From assembly GCA_963846575.1 (NCBI GenBank), contig CAWJWJ010000001.1:1-64000 (forward strand): a stretch of DNA of 64,000 bases, written 5' to 3'. Of this stretch, positions 48,718 through 58,924 are shown in pieces (the stretch's first letter is position 1; every line of letters begins with the position of its first letter). The notes beneath the pieces are model-generated. The model was not told where the DNA came from and did no database searches. It was given only the letters and a program-made list of their open reading frames with translations. The stretch comes from an uncultured Nitrospiraceae bacterium (GTDB taxonomy: Bacteria > Nitrospirota > Nitrospiria > Nitrospirales > Nitrospiraceae). Position numbers and translations under genes: made by a program.

Positions 48718-48733
48718 TGGCGCCAGCATTGCG
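48718..48733 (+). promoter_or_regulatory. sigma-54 promoter candidate
   Basis: TGGCGCC-AGCA-TTGCG (GG-N10-GC) ~95 nt before the FadL-like start. Confidence 0.45.
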
Positions 48734-48827
48734 ATTCTACGCTCTAGTACCTAGCTCAGGGGTGATGAGGACCATACCGGTGGCTACACGACATCCGCTC
48801 CGAAACCTGGAAGCGCAGGAGTCCGTC

Positions 48828-50267
48828 ATGCCCCATCTCTCTCCACCCCGCATCGCCGAATCCCCCTCCGCTTTCCCGAGGCGTGGCACCACGCGCCCGG
48901 TCGCCGGACGAACCATAGCCTGGAGCCTCCTCACGGTCGCCATGTTGGCGAGCGCTCCGTCCCCGGTCCGGGCCGGAAGTCTTCGCCTCTACGATCAAAG
49001 CGCCTCCGCTACCGGTCAGGCTTCGGCGTTCATCGCTCAGGCCGACGATGCCTCGGCAGGCTATTACAATCCGGCCGGCATGACTCAGCTCCGGGGCGTC
49101 CAGTTCTCGGCCGGTACGACATTCTTAGGCGGGGGATTTTCCTTTCAGAATGCGGCAGGTGCGCAGGCGAATGGTGACCTCCGGGGTAGCGTGGCACTCC
49201 CGCCCCCTTCGAATCTCTATGTGACGGCCAATCTGAAGGATCTCGGACTCGGAACGTCCGACAGCACCACCATCGGCCTGGCCGTCTTCAGTCCGTTCGG
49301 TACCTTGACCCGCTGGTCCGATAGCGGGCCCTTTGCCACGGCCGCGACCAAAACCGCATTGGAACTCATCGACATTCGCCCGTCCATTGCCTTTAGACCG
49401 CTGCCGAACCTGGCCATCGGGTTGGGGGCCGACATCTACACGTTTTCAGGCGCATTCGGCGAAGGTCAGGTCGAGCGGCAATTCCGTTGGCCCGGGGGGC
49501 TCGGCATTCCGGGAGGCACCGGCATGGAGTTGCAGGGACGAGACACTGCGGCAGGATTCAACGCGAGCCTGCTCTATACACCATTGCGAAACGGAGACGG
49601 ACTACCGCTCGTCAACATCGGGTTTATGTATCGCAGCCAAGCCACCCTTCATCTGAATGGGCAATTGCTCGCCGGTGGCGCCCTTGTCGCAGATGCCCGC
49701 ACGACCTTCGTACTCCCGCAGGTCTTCACCGGCGGCATCGCCCTCTGGCCGGTTCGTGATCAGGATCGTGAATGGAAATTGGAAGTGGATATCGATTACA
49801 CCGGCTGGAAATCGGTTCGCAACCTGGATACGACGCTCTCCAACGGTCTGACGATCGCCACTCCCGCCAACTGGATCAGCGGCTACACCGTCATGATCGG
49901 CACGGAATACAAATGGCTCAGGCCCAAGCCTCTCCCGGATTGGGATGTCGCGTTGCGTGCCGGCTACTGGAATTCCCAAAAAGCCATTCCGGACCAGACG
50001 TTCAACCCAGCCATTCCCGATGGCGACCAGCACGCCGTCTCCGCGGGCGTGGGATTCATGTGCCGGGAGAAAGGCCAATTTCTAGGCGTCATTCCCTGTG
50101 GCGGGTCGGACAAACCGTTTAGGCCAAAGGGATTCGGGATCGACCTGGCCTACCAGGCTATTCTGTATGAAACGAGAACCATTGCCGGCAATCTGAATCC
50201 GACGGTCAATGGAACCTATCGCAGCACCTTGCACGTGGGCTCCCTCAATCTGCGAGTCAATTTTTAG
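48828..50267 (+). CDS. OmpP1/FadL family outer-membrane transporter
   Basis: QSASATG..ADDASAGYYNPAGM, SPFG, C-terminal Phe. Confidence 0.88.
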   Translation: MPHLSPPRIAESPSAFPRRGTTRPVAGRTIAWSLLTVAMLASAPSPVRAGSLRLYDQSASATGQASAFIAQADDASAGYYNPAGMTQLRGVQFSAGTTFLGGGFSFQNAAGAQANGDLRGSVALPPPSNLYVTANLKDLGLGTSDSTTIGLAVFSPFGTLTRWSDSGPFATAATKTALELIDIRPSIAFRPLPNLAIGLGADIYTFSGAFGEGQVERQFRWPGGLGIPGGTGMELQGRDTAAGFNASLLYTPLRNGDGLPLVNIGFMYRSQATLHLNGQLLAGGALVADARTTFVLPQVFTGGIALWPVRDQDREWKLEVDIDYTGWKSVRNLDTTLSNGLTIATPANWISGYTVMIGTEYKWLRPKPLPDWDVALRAGYWNSQKAIPDQTFNPAIPDGDQHAVSAGVGFMCREKGQFLGVIPCGGSDKPFRPKGFGIDLAYQAILYETRTIAGNLNPTVNGTYRSTLHVGSLNLRVNF

Positions 50268-50489
50268 ACGCACGTTTGAGGGGCCTGCTACCGACACGCA
50301 CCTAGACGTTGCTGCACATCCGCGTCCTGGTACCGATGACAGCCGGAGGAAGGTCCTCCCCGTCGGCCTCCCTGAATGCGCAACGACACCTGGCCGGCGC
50401 CCTTCCTCTCACTGGTCATCTTTTATTGTTCAGCGGAAGCATTGATCGGCCAGGTCAGGACATTCCCGTTGCGACCTCTCCCGACTGAG

Positions 50490-51953
50490 TCACTCGACGG
50501 GAGTAGTGGGCGACGGACAGGGACCAGCACCGGCAAGGTCTGCGGAGTGCTCGATCCACTGGGGGAGCAGCGATCCCGCCACCATGCCGGCCGCAGCCAC
50601 CAAAAATCCGACAAGCTGCGGGGGCCAGACCGGATCCGGAGCGCCGGATAGTTCCAGGACCAGCCATGTTGCAAGGCCTGTCCCGATCGCCACGAGCGCG
50701 CCTTGCGTTGTCGCGCGCGCCCAGTACAAGCCGGCAACCAGCGGCACGAAGGCCGCGACGAGCGTGATTTTGTACGCGCCCTCCACCATTTTGAAAATGC
50801 TGGCTTCCGAACGGAGCGCGAAGAGCAGCACGATGGCGGCAAATCCGATCAGCACAGTCCGCATAACCCGCAACAGACCCCGGTCACCGATCGTCGGGAT
50901 GAACCCCTTGACGATATTTTCGCTGAACGCGACCGACGGGGCGAGCAGCGTGGCCGAGGAACAACTCATGATGGCGGAGAGCAACGCGCCGAAGAACACG
51001 ATCTGCGCGACCATCGGGGTGTGCTGCACGATCAAGGTCGGCAGGACCAACTGGGAATCCCGTTCCAGCAAGCCGGCCACCTGCGCCGGATCGATCAGGG
51101 TGGCGGAATAGGCTAGGAACATCGGCACAAAGGCGAAGAAAAAATAGAGCGATCCGCCGAGCACGGATCCCCGCACTGCGGTCCGTTCGTCCCGCGCAGA
51201 CGTGATCCGCTGAAAGACATCCTGCTGAGGGATGGACCCGAACATCATCGTCACCCACGCCCCGAGAAAAGGAATCCAGGAATCAATCCTGGCGGGCGGA
51301 AAAAAATCCAACTTGCCCGCCGCCGCTGCATGGGTCACCACGGCGCCCACCCCGCCGGCTAACCCGCTGACGACCGATCCGATATACAGCATCCCGCCCA
51401 TGATCACGGTGATTTGAACGAAATCAAGAATCGCCACGGAAAACATGCCGCCGAACGTGGTGTACGTCAGCACAATCAGCGCCCCCAGCATCATGCCGAT
51501 CGACTGGCTCATCGCACCGTCCGTCACGATATTGAAGACCAGACCGAGCGCTTTGATCTGCGCCGACACCCAACCGAGGTACGAGGCCACGATGCAGAGG
51601 GTACACAGGACCTCGACGGCACGGTTGTACCGCAAGCGGTAATAGTCCCCGATCGTGAGGAGATTCAATCGATACAGGCGACGGGCAAACAGCAATCCGG
51701 CGAGAATCAAACAGAGGCTTGATCCGAACGGATCAGCGACCACGGCACGCAGCCCGTCCTTCACAAAGGTCGCGGAGATGCCCAGCACCGTTTCGGCGCC
51801 GAACCAGGTCGCGAAGACGGTGGCCGTGACCACAGGCAGGGGGAGGCAGCGTCCGGCGACGGCAAAGTCCTTAGTGTTGTGGACCCGGGTGGCCGCGTAC
51901 AATCCGATTCCGGTCGAACCGGCCAAGTAAAGAATCACGAACAACAGCAACAT
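50490..51953 (-). CDS. Sodium:solute symporter family protein
   Basis: DFAVAGR, ATWFGAE, YTTFGGM, QDVFQR, SAIMS; ~13 TM segments. Confidence 0.9.
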   Translation of the reverse strand: MLLLFVILYLAGSTGIGLYAATRVHNTKDFAVAGRCLPLPVVTATVFATWFGAETVLGISATFVKDGLRAVVADPFGSSLCLILAGLLFARRLYRLNLLTIGDYYRLRYNRAVEVLCTLCIVASYLGWVSAQIKALGLVFNIVTDGAMSQSIGMMLGALIVLTYTTFGGMFSVAILDFVQITVIMGGMLYIGSVVSGLAGGVGAVVTHAAAAGKLDFFPPARIDSWIPFLGAWVTMMFGSIPQQDVFQRITSARDERTAVRGSVLGGSLYFFFAFVPMFLAYSATLIDPAQVAGLLERDSQLVLPTLIVQHTPMVAQIVFFGALLSAIMSCSSATLLAPSVAFSENIVKGFIPTIGDRGLLRVMRTVLIGFAAIVLLFALRSEASIFKMVEGAYKITLVAAFVPLVAGLYWARATTQGALVAIGTGLATWLVLELSGAPDPVWPPQLVGFLVAAAGMVAGSLLPQWIEHSADLAGAGPCPSPTTPVE

Positions 51954-52153
51954 GGGATGCATCGCGCGAGGGTGAGAGCGGAACCGACAACCGACGACAT
52001 GCGGGGGGATTGTACCTACAGCGTCGCGCGCGCGCAATCGGTGAAGAGTCACGGGCTTTGGCGCGCATCAACTCCATGACAACGTCTGCAGCATCACGTT
52101 GCCGCGAACGGCCGTTTCGTTGACTTCCCGTTTCTCTATGGTAGAAATAGTCC

Positions 52154-52384
52154 ATGCGGTACTCAATCTATTTCGCCTGGTTCCTGACCGTTCTGTCGCT
52201 CGGCATTCTGACGACGCTTGCCTCGCTTCCTGGATTCACGACCGGGGAGCCGGCGCCGGAATCGAAAATCGTCCTGGGGGCGTACGGCTCCCGCTCGATT
52301 AAGGTCCAGCGCGTGCGATGCCATGCCCTCAAACCCGCTTGTCATACCCCCAAACAGAAGTCGCAACAAAAAACGCCGGTCTGA
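52154..52384 (+). CDS. Small hypothetical exported protein
   Basis: 76 aa with an N-terminal hydrophobic segment. Confidence 0.35.
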   Translation: MRYSIYFAWFLTVLSLGILTTLASLPGFTTGEPAPESKIVLGAYGSRSIKVQRVRCHALKPACHTPKQKSQQKTPV

Positions 52385-52666
52385 TCTGCACGCTCCCCAT
52401 CCGCTGCCCCCAGGCCTTTCAGCAGACTCGTGACATCCCGAAGGTCGGCCGGAATCGCCTCCGCGCCCGGTCGCCGAGATCCCCTCGCCTTGTTAGGCTC
52501 CAATTGGCCGCCATCCTCAACCTCGATTTTTTGCGTACCGTGGGCAAGACCTCATTCCCGACGACATAGGTCAACGCACGGAAGCATGATGCGTTGTATC
52601 GTCAGGCGCTATTCTGGTCTTCACCGGCGTCGGCATGATAGGCTAGGTTGTACCGAGCCTGGGAGG

Positions 52667-53167
52667 ATGATGATGAGACCTCTCCTGATCCACGGAATGG
52701 CCGTTCCCCAGCGCTGGTGTTGCTCCGTGCTGCTGGGGGTTTGCACTCTTCTCCCTGCATTCGCCGTTCAGGCCGCCGACTCTTCCGGCCCCTGGGAATG
52801 TTCAAACTACAGCGGCGACGCACACACCCGTTGTCTCCAAGCCTTCATCGACATTCAGCGGGAAAAAATCTCCAAGCTGGAAGCGGAAGTCCGTGTCCAA
52901 CAAAGCACCGTCGGGCAGCTGAAGGATCAGGCCGACCGACAGAGTGCCGCGACTGCCGACCTGCAGCGCCAAATGTCGGAACAATCCTCCTCCGTCTCCA
53001 CTTACGGCTATGTGGCCCCCGGGTTACTCTATGGATATCCCTCCGTGGGTTTCGGCCTCTACCTCGGTCGCCCCTGGTTATATGGATCGCCCTTCTATGG
53101 TCGGCCATTTGGTTGGGGCCCGCGCTACTATCGGCCCTACTTTGGTCGATGGCACCGGCGCTGGTGA
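52667..53167 (+). CDS. Hypothetical secreted protein (Cys pair, coiled coil, Tyr/Gly/Pro/Arg-rich tail)
   Basis: Signal peptide ending VQA; followed by a terminator. Confidence 0.7.
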   Translation: MMMRPLLIHGMAVPQRWCCSVLLGVCTLLPAFAVQAADSSGPWECSNYSGDAHTRCLQAFIDIQREKISKLEAEVRVQQSTVGQLKDQADRQSAATADLQRQMSEQSSSVSTYGYVAPGLLYGYPSVGFGLYLGRPWLYGSPFYGRPFGWGPRYYRPYFGRWHRRW

Positions 53168-53172
53168 CTCTG

Positions 53173-53202
53173 CGCCGCCGGTCCCACGGGGGGCGGCGTT
53201 TT
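53173..53202 (+). terminator. Intrinsic terminator candidate
   Basis: CGCCGCC..GGCGGCG followed by TTTT. Confidence 0.5.
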
Positions 53203-53466
53203 GCCCGCCATTTCAGGCGACTTGTTCCGGCGGAACACCTCTGACCGACGTCCCCATACCTTGCATCCCCCGCTCAACTCTGTAAGCAAAAACCGCAGAC
53301 CGTCTTCTCATGCCGTTGAGATGACGGGGACGGTTGAGCGCTATCCCGACAGTGACCTCCGCTCCCTCGGGCCCCTTCCAGTTCCAATCCGCTAATGACG
53401 GCAATTCTCGCTGTATGGTAAACCATACAGCTCTTCATGGCCGACCCGGTTTTTCGTGGGGCATCC

Positions 53467-55335
53467 ATGCATCGCATACCATGCACCTCCAGCCTCAGCG
53501 TCACGACCTTTCTCCTGGTCTTCCCATTGCTGGCCATGAGCCACGCTCGATCAGAAGAACCATCAGCCAGGCCCTCCATACCGGCAGAGGCGGCAGAACA
53601 GGCGCTGCATCGGTCACTCACCAAAGCCTCACCCGATCGGGCCAAGCTCCTGCTTGAACGAGGGGCGAACATCGAAGCACGCAATGCACAGGGTGCAACC
53701 GCGCTGATCACGGCATCGGAACAGGGCAACCTCGCGATGGTAACTCTGTTGCTGAACGAACGGGCCAACGTTGAGGCCACCGACCACGAAGGCAATACCG
53801 CTCTGCATAAAGCGAGTTTCTACGGGCATGTTCAATGCGTGGAGGCCGTCCTTGCCGCGGGCGCTCGCACGTCCACCCGGAATGACCTCACGTTCACCCC
53901 GCTCCACCAGGCGGTCAGGCGATTCTGGGAAATATCCGGTGAATCCATCGACGAGCGACTCCAGCGGCAGGCGGCGATAGTCCGTGTACTTCTCCACTAT
54001 GGAGCCGACCCGACCCTGCGCGACGGGAGCGGGCGAACCCCGATAGTCCTGGCCTCCGAAAGCACGAATGGCATCCTGCGACAGACCTTCGATGCACCGG
54101 TCATTCCTCTGACGGCTGTCACCCCTCAACCGGAGTTCACTGCTACACTGCACGTTCCGGATAGTCGGTCCGAAGCAGGCACTGCTCCCGCATCCAGCCT
54201 CCACCCGGACCCGTTCCACGAGAGCACATCGGAAAGGCCGACCTCAATGCGACCTGTGCCGGCTTCGCCTTCACACCAAACGATGAAAGAAACCCATAAA
54301 GTAGAGCCGGCCTCCCCTCCCATACCTACCATTCCGAAACCGGCCCCACCCCGTACGACGACCATAGAACCGCCGCGGCAGACCGCATCAGCAGGACCAT
54401 CCGAAGAAACCCCTTCGACGGCCTCTACTCCGCCGCAGTCCATGCCACCGAGGGGAGAAGAACACGCGTCTCCCCGGCCGGCGCCTGCTCCGGAGTCACC
54501 TTCAACCGTGCCATCTCAGAACCCTGAACCCTCCGCCGCGACCGCATTGCCGCCTCCCGTATCACCAGCCACATCCAACCCCGGAGAGAGCGCCCCAGCC
54601 ACGACCTCTTCGGCAGATCTGCGACGACGGGATCTGACGCCGGTCCCCCCGGTAGCTGAACCTCGCGATGAACCTCGGCCAGCCCATCCCGATCAGCGGG
54701 TTCCTGCTGCCGACACCTCCCCGTCTCAAGCCCCTGTTGCCGGGATAGACCGTGCGGGACCGGCCAGGGATCGCCAAACGGCGCCGGCTCCCTCGGCCGC
54801 TGTCCTGGATTCGACAACCGAGTCACAAATGGAACCAAGTCGGGTCCCATCGATATTTCAGAACCTTGGATTCGGACTCGGTTTGGGGTGGACTCATAAT
54901 CTCGGGCCGCGCCGGGTGGACTCGGCCACCGTTGTGAACCGCATCGTCCGGATCGACAGCGAACACAACGACCTCGTGCGTTTCATGCCGGAGGTGCACC
55001 TCTGGCTTGACCGCTGGGATGAGCAGCGGTGGAGTTGGGGACCGTTCCTTGCGATCGCTCCAGGGTCCCGGGTGATCGACGCCGTAGGATTCGGCCTGTT
55101 GCTCGGCTACCGCCCGCACCGGGTCAGTCAATACAGCTTCAACCTCGGGATCGGCGGCACGCTCGATTTGGACGCGCGCGTCCTGGGCGACGGACTCGTC
55201 GCCAACGAACCCTTGCCCCCACAGGAAAACACGGTCCGCACTAAACAGACCACCGCCGCCGGTCTCCTGATCCTCTTTTCCGTCGGATGGGACCTCTCGG
55301 CTCCCCACAGACCCGCCCAGAGCGATGGCAGGTGA
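53467..55335 (+). CDS. Ankyrin-repeat protein with a long Pro-rich linker and a C-terminal beta-strand domain
   Basis: GATALITA, GNTALHKA, FTPLHQA and GRTPIVLA repeats; P/S/T/A-rich middle; amphipathic beta-strands at the C-terminus. Confidence 0.8.
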   Translation: MHRIPCTSSLSVTTFLLVFPLLAMSHARSEEPSARPSIPAEAAEQALHRSLTKASPDRAKLLLERGANIEARNAQGATALITASEQGNLAMVTLLLNERANVEATDHEGNTALHKASFYGHVQCVEAVLAAGARTSTRNDLTFTPLHQAVRRFWEISGESIDERLQRQAAIVRVLLHYGADPTLRDGSGRTPIVLASESTNGILRQTFDAPVIPLTAVTPQPEFTATLHVPDSRSEAGTAPASSLHPDPFHESTSERPTSMRPVPASPSHQTMKETHKVEPASPPIPTIPKPAPPRTTTIEPPRQTASAGPSEETPSTASTPPQSMPPRGEEHASPRPAPAPESPSTVPSQNPEPSAATALPPPVSPATSNPGESAPATTSSADLRRRDLTPVPPVAEPRDEPRPAHPDQRVPAADTSPSQAPVAGIDRAGPARDRQTAPAPSAAVLDSTTESQMEPSRVPSIFQNLGFGLGLGWTHNLGPRRVDSATVVNRIVRIDSEHNDLVRFMPEVHLWLDRWDEQRWSWGPFLAIAPGSRVIDAVGFGLLLGYRPHRVSQYSFNLGIGGTLDLDARVLGDGLVANEPLPPQENTVRTKQTTAAGLLILFSVGWDLSAPHRPAQSDGR

Positions 55336-55429
55336 TTCACATTGTTTTCAGAAACCTCGTGCGTCACGGCGACGATTGACGCCGAGAAGAGGTTCCGACT
55401 AAGGTGAGAAGGTTCTGGAGACCCATCCC

Positions 55430-56374
55430 ATGTGCGCCCAACCACAATTTCCGGACGAACAGACCGAGGCAGGCGAATTCCAACGTCAGGACGATGCCTT
55501 CCGCGACCGGGTCACCGACGACAGCCAATCCGCCCATCCAGCCGCGGACGGGCGGTATCATCTGTACGTGTCCCTCGCCTGTCCCTGGGCGCACCGGACC
55601 ATCATCGTCCGCACACTCAAGCATTTGGACTCGGTCATCGGCATGACCGTCGTCGACCCCGTTCGCGACGAGCGCGGCTGGGCCTTTCATGATGGCCCGG
55701 GCCATTCCGGTGACCCGATCAATGGCTTCCATTTTCTCAGCGAGGCCTATCACGCGACCGATCCCGGCTATCGCGGCCGCGTCACCGTACCGGTGTTGTG
55801 GGATACCGTCACGCGTCGAATCGTATCCAATTCAGACGACGATCTCATGCGGATCCTCAACGGAGCGTTCAATCGCTTCACAGACAGCACGCTCGATTTG
55901 TATCCCGCCTCGCTACGTCCCCAGATCGATGCCCTGAACGATGTCATCTATGAGCAAGTGAACAACGGCGTGTATCGGGCGGGGTTTGCCACCTCCCAAC
56001 CGGTCTATGAGAAAGCCGCCCGCCAGCTCTTCGACGCGCTGGACCAATTGGATCTCAGACTCCGCGACCGCCGGTACTTGTTCGGGCCCCAGTTCGTCGA
56101 GTCCGATTGGCGACTCTTCGTCACCCTGGTCCGGTTCGATGCCGTCTACCATGGGCACTTCAAATGCAACCTCCGGCGCATCGTCGACTATCCCCACCTC
56201 TCCGGCTATCTCAAGGATCTGTATCAGGTGCCACGGATCGCCGACACGGTCAATCTGGACCATATCAAACGGCACTACTACGTGACCCATGCCGACATCA
56301 ACCCGAGCGGTATCGTTCCCCTCGGCCCTCTCCTGGATTTGGCCGGCCCGCATGGACGGGGCCACCTCTCCTGA
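55430..56374 (+). CDS. yqjG: Glutathionyl-hydroquinone reductase (GST Xi/omega class)
   Basis: YVSLACPWAHR, VTVPVLWD, NNGVYRAGFA, RFDAVYHGHFKCN, HIKRHYY. Confidence 0.9.
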   Translation: MCAQPQFPDEQTEAGEFQRQDDAFRDRVTDDSQSAHPAADGRYHLYVSLACPWAHRTIIVRTLKHLDSVIGMTVVDPVRDERGWAFHDGPGHSGDPINGFHFLSEAYHATDPGYRGRVTVPVLWDTVTRRIVSNSDDDLMRILNGAFNRFTDSTLDLYPASLRPQIDALNDVIYEQVNNGVYRAGFATSQPVYEKAARQLFDALDQLDLRLRDRRYLFGPQFVESDWRLFVTLVRFDAVYHGHFKCNLRRIVDYPHLSGYLKDLYQVPRIADTVNLDHIKRHYYVTHADINPSGIVPLGPLLDLAGPHGRGHLS

Positions 56375-56474
56375 TCAGCCTTCTCCAGCATGGTCACCAA
56401 GAATTTTCTTGAGCCGCGGGGGCTGTCTGGCATAAGGTGAGCGAAGGTTCGTTTTTCAGCAGAAAGGATCGTCC

Positions 56475-57152
56475 ATGCGTCATGTGATCGGTGCCGTCTT
56501 TGCATCCGTACTCCTCCTGTCTTCATCCACCTGGGCTGCGGCCGCCGAACCGGCCAACGATGAACAGAAAACCCTGTATGCCCTCGGCGTGGCCCTCAGC
56601 CAGTCGCTCGAGCCATTCACCTTAAATGAGAGCGAACTCGAATTCGTAAGGTCCGGCCTGACGGATGGGGTGACGAAGCGACCGCAGAAGGTCGACATGC
56701 AGGTGTACGGTCCGAAGATCCAGCAGATGCAGCAGGTGCGTTCATCGGCGCTGGCCGATGTCGAAAAGAAAGCCGGAGCCGGGTTCATCGCCAAGGCCGC
56801 GGCAGAACCAGGCGCCAAGAAAACGGAATCGGGCGCCATCGTCACCACCATGAAAGAAGGCAAAGGGGCGACCCCGAAAGCCGCCGATACCGTGAAGGTC
56901 CATTACCACGGCACCCTGATCGACGGCACCGTCTTCGACAGCTCCGTGAAGCGAGGCGAACCGGCCACCTTTCCCCTCAATCAGGTGATCAAGTGTTGGA
57001 CCGAAGCCGTGCAGTTGATCAAGGTCGGCGGCAAGAGCCGGCTGGTCTGCCCGTCCGGAATCGCCTACGGCGACCGGGGCTCACCTCCCGTCATCAAGCC
57101 GGGCGCGACCCTGATCTTCGAAGTGGAACTCCTGGACATCGTCAAGAAGTAG
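56475..57152 (+). CDS. FKBP-type peptidyl-prolyl isomerase (FkpA/FklB-like)
   Basis: Signal peptide, VKVHYHGTLIDGTVFDSS, LIFEVELL. Confidence 0.93.
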   Translation: MRHVIGAVFASVLLLSSSTWAAAAEPANDEQKTLYALGVALSQSLEPFTLNESELEFVRSGLTDGVTKRPQKVDMQVYGPKIQQMQQVRSSALADVEKKAGAGFIAKAAAEPGAKKTESGAIVTTMKEGKGATPKAADTVKVHYHGTLIDGTVFDSSVKRGEPATFPLNQVIKCWTEAVQLIKVGGKSRLVCPSGIAYGDRGSPPVIKPGATLIFEVELLDIVKK

Positions 57153-57270
57153 CCTGCGCTCTCAGGAGGACTCTGCGGGCAACCAGTGCGCAGGGTCCTC
57201 CTGATTCTTCCCCCGACAACTCACTACCGGTGCCACGCTCGGCGAAGCAGACAACGCCCGCTCAAACGGC

Positions 57271-58701
57271 TTACCGGATCCTGACCCTGGATACGGAGTA
57301 CCACCGATCCGCACGTTTCCCCTCGATCGCCAGATCGACATGGGGCGCACGCCCGTCCTCCGATAGAATTGCCACATCAATGAAGTAGGTACCGGCCTGA
57401 ATGTCCTCCGGTACGACCAGACTGTCGACGATCTCCGGAGTCGGCCCGGGCAACCACCGCTTCACATCGGCATGACTGGTCCACTGGGCGACCACCTGAT
57501 CGGAACTCGACCGCAGCCGGTAGGCCAGCGGCCAGGGATGATAAATCGGAGCCACCCCGACATTGTCCCAGTGCGAGCGGAGCATGAGGGGTTCGCCCCT
57601 CCGGCCTGCCAAGGGGTGGGTCATCTCACGTAATGCGAATCGATAGCCGATCTTTTTCAGGAACTCGTTGAAGCGCGGCCGCCAGGCGAGGGGCACCGGC
57701 TTCGACTTTGCGTTCAGCACCGACATGTGCCACTCCGACCCTTTCGCCAGGATGCGGTCGAGATCAAACCCGCGATCGTACCAGTCCTGGATGTACCCGC
57801 AGACCTCCATCTGAACCGGTCCCCGCTTCCAGGCATCCGCGACCACCGGGTCCTCCAGCACCGGAGCATAGGCATGCTCCATGTGATTCCAATCGGGGCG
57901 GAAGTAACCATAGTCGCCGAAGCAGTCTGCGCGCCAGCCTGCTCCCTTGGAAGCGGCATACTTGAGCGGCCCGCCGTGGAGCATGACGAGCGGTGTTCCC
58001 GCAAAATATTTGAGATACCAATCCGTAATCGCAATCTGGTTGGCCTCAGTCGGATACAACTCTTTGCACTGAGTTTCGACGCCGACGCAGCAGGCCACAT
58101 TCCACTCGCCCCAGCAACCCACCGATCCGATATCCACGTGATCGATGTCCACCGATCGCCCGTACCGTTCGCCGAAGGCGCGGATGAGCCGTTCATGGTA
58201 GTCGAGAAAGACCGGATTATTGTAATCGGGAAAGATGCCATCCGACTCCTTCACGCTGGCCACGCCCTTGTCGAGCAACCATTGCGGACTGCCGGTCTTG
58301 TATTCGGACACGATCCGGATCGCGAGCGTCTCGCCCTTGGCCTTGGCCTGTTCGATGACGCGATCGACGAGGGCAAAGTTGTACTGTCCCTCGGCCGGTT
58401 CGAGTTCAGCCCAGGGCCAGCGGAAATACGCCACCGTCGCATGTGGATACTCGTCCACGCCGGGCGGATGGCCGAACCCGAAATGAAAATCGGCAAATCC
58501 CATCCCGGGGTTGTAGAGCAGGTCGTCAATTTCGCGTGGATGCACCGTTACGACATCCTCATCGCGCGGCGCGCTCGCGGACTCGGGAGCCCCCCGCTCA
58601 TGCTGAGCAAGGCCCGGCGAGCCTGACCCCGCCCCGGCACAGGCACTCACGCTGCACAACAGCGCCAGCAGCACGGATTTAGGCCACCCTCGTCTATCCA
58701 T
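57271..58701 (-). CDS. DUF4832-containing glycoside-hydrolase-like lipoprotein
   Basis: VSAC lipobox, NPGMG, WAELEPAEGQYNF, GCWGEW, KKIGYRF, NVGVAPIY. Confidence 0.7.
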   Translation of the reverse strand: MDRRGWPKSVLLALLCSVSACAGAGSGSPGLAQHERGAPESASAPRDEDVVTVHPREIDDLLYNPGMGFADFHFGFGHPPGVDEYPHATVAYFRWPWAELEPAEGQYNFALVDRVIEQAKAKGETLAIRIVSEYKTGSPQWLLDKGVASVKESDGIFPDYNNPVFLDYHERLIRAFGERYGRSVDIDHVDIGSVGCWGEWNVACCVGVETQCKELYPTEANQIAITDWYLKYFAGTPLVMLHGGPLKYAASKGAGWRADCFGDYGYFRPDWNHMEHAYAPVLEDPVVADAWKRGPVQMEVCGYIQDWYDRGFDLDRILAKGSEWHMSVLNAKSKPVPLAWRPRFNEFLKKIGYRFALREMTHPLAGRRGEPLMLRSHWDNVGVAPIYHPWPLAYRLRSSSDQVVAQWTSHADVKRWLPGPTPEIVDSLVVPEDIQAGTYFIDVAILSEDGRAPHVDLAIEGKRADRWYSVSRVRIR

Positions 58702-58924
58702 CTCGCCTCCTTTGCTAGCCTGAACCGACTCAGGCCTCTCTGCCTCCGGAAGACAGTCTCGAGTGGCGCCCGCCTCATGACATTCCTCCCGGATCGTCAT
58801 CGGCACCATCGCTGGCAGAGCGACCGCACCACTCCCTGCGTGACCCCACCGTTGGAAACGGCTGTGGGGTCACGCCGTGAATTATGATAGGGTACGCGAC
58901 CAGACCCGAGGAGCGGCGACCCAC

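Noticed and set aside
51954..52150. Riboswitch upstream of the sodium:solute symporter
   Set aside because: No recognisable aptamer or terminator; only a TACAAT -10-like element
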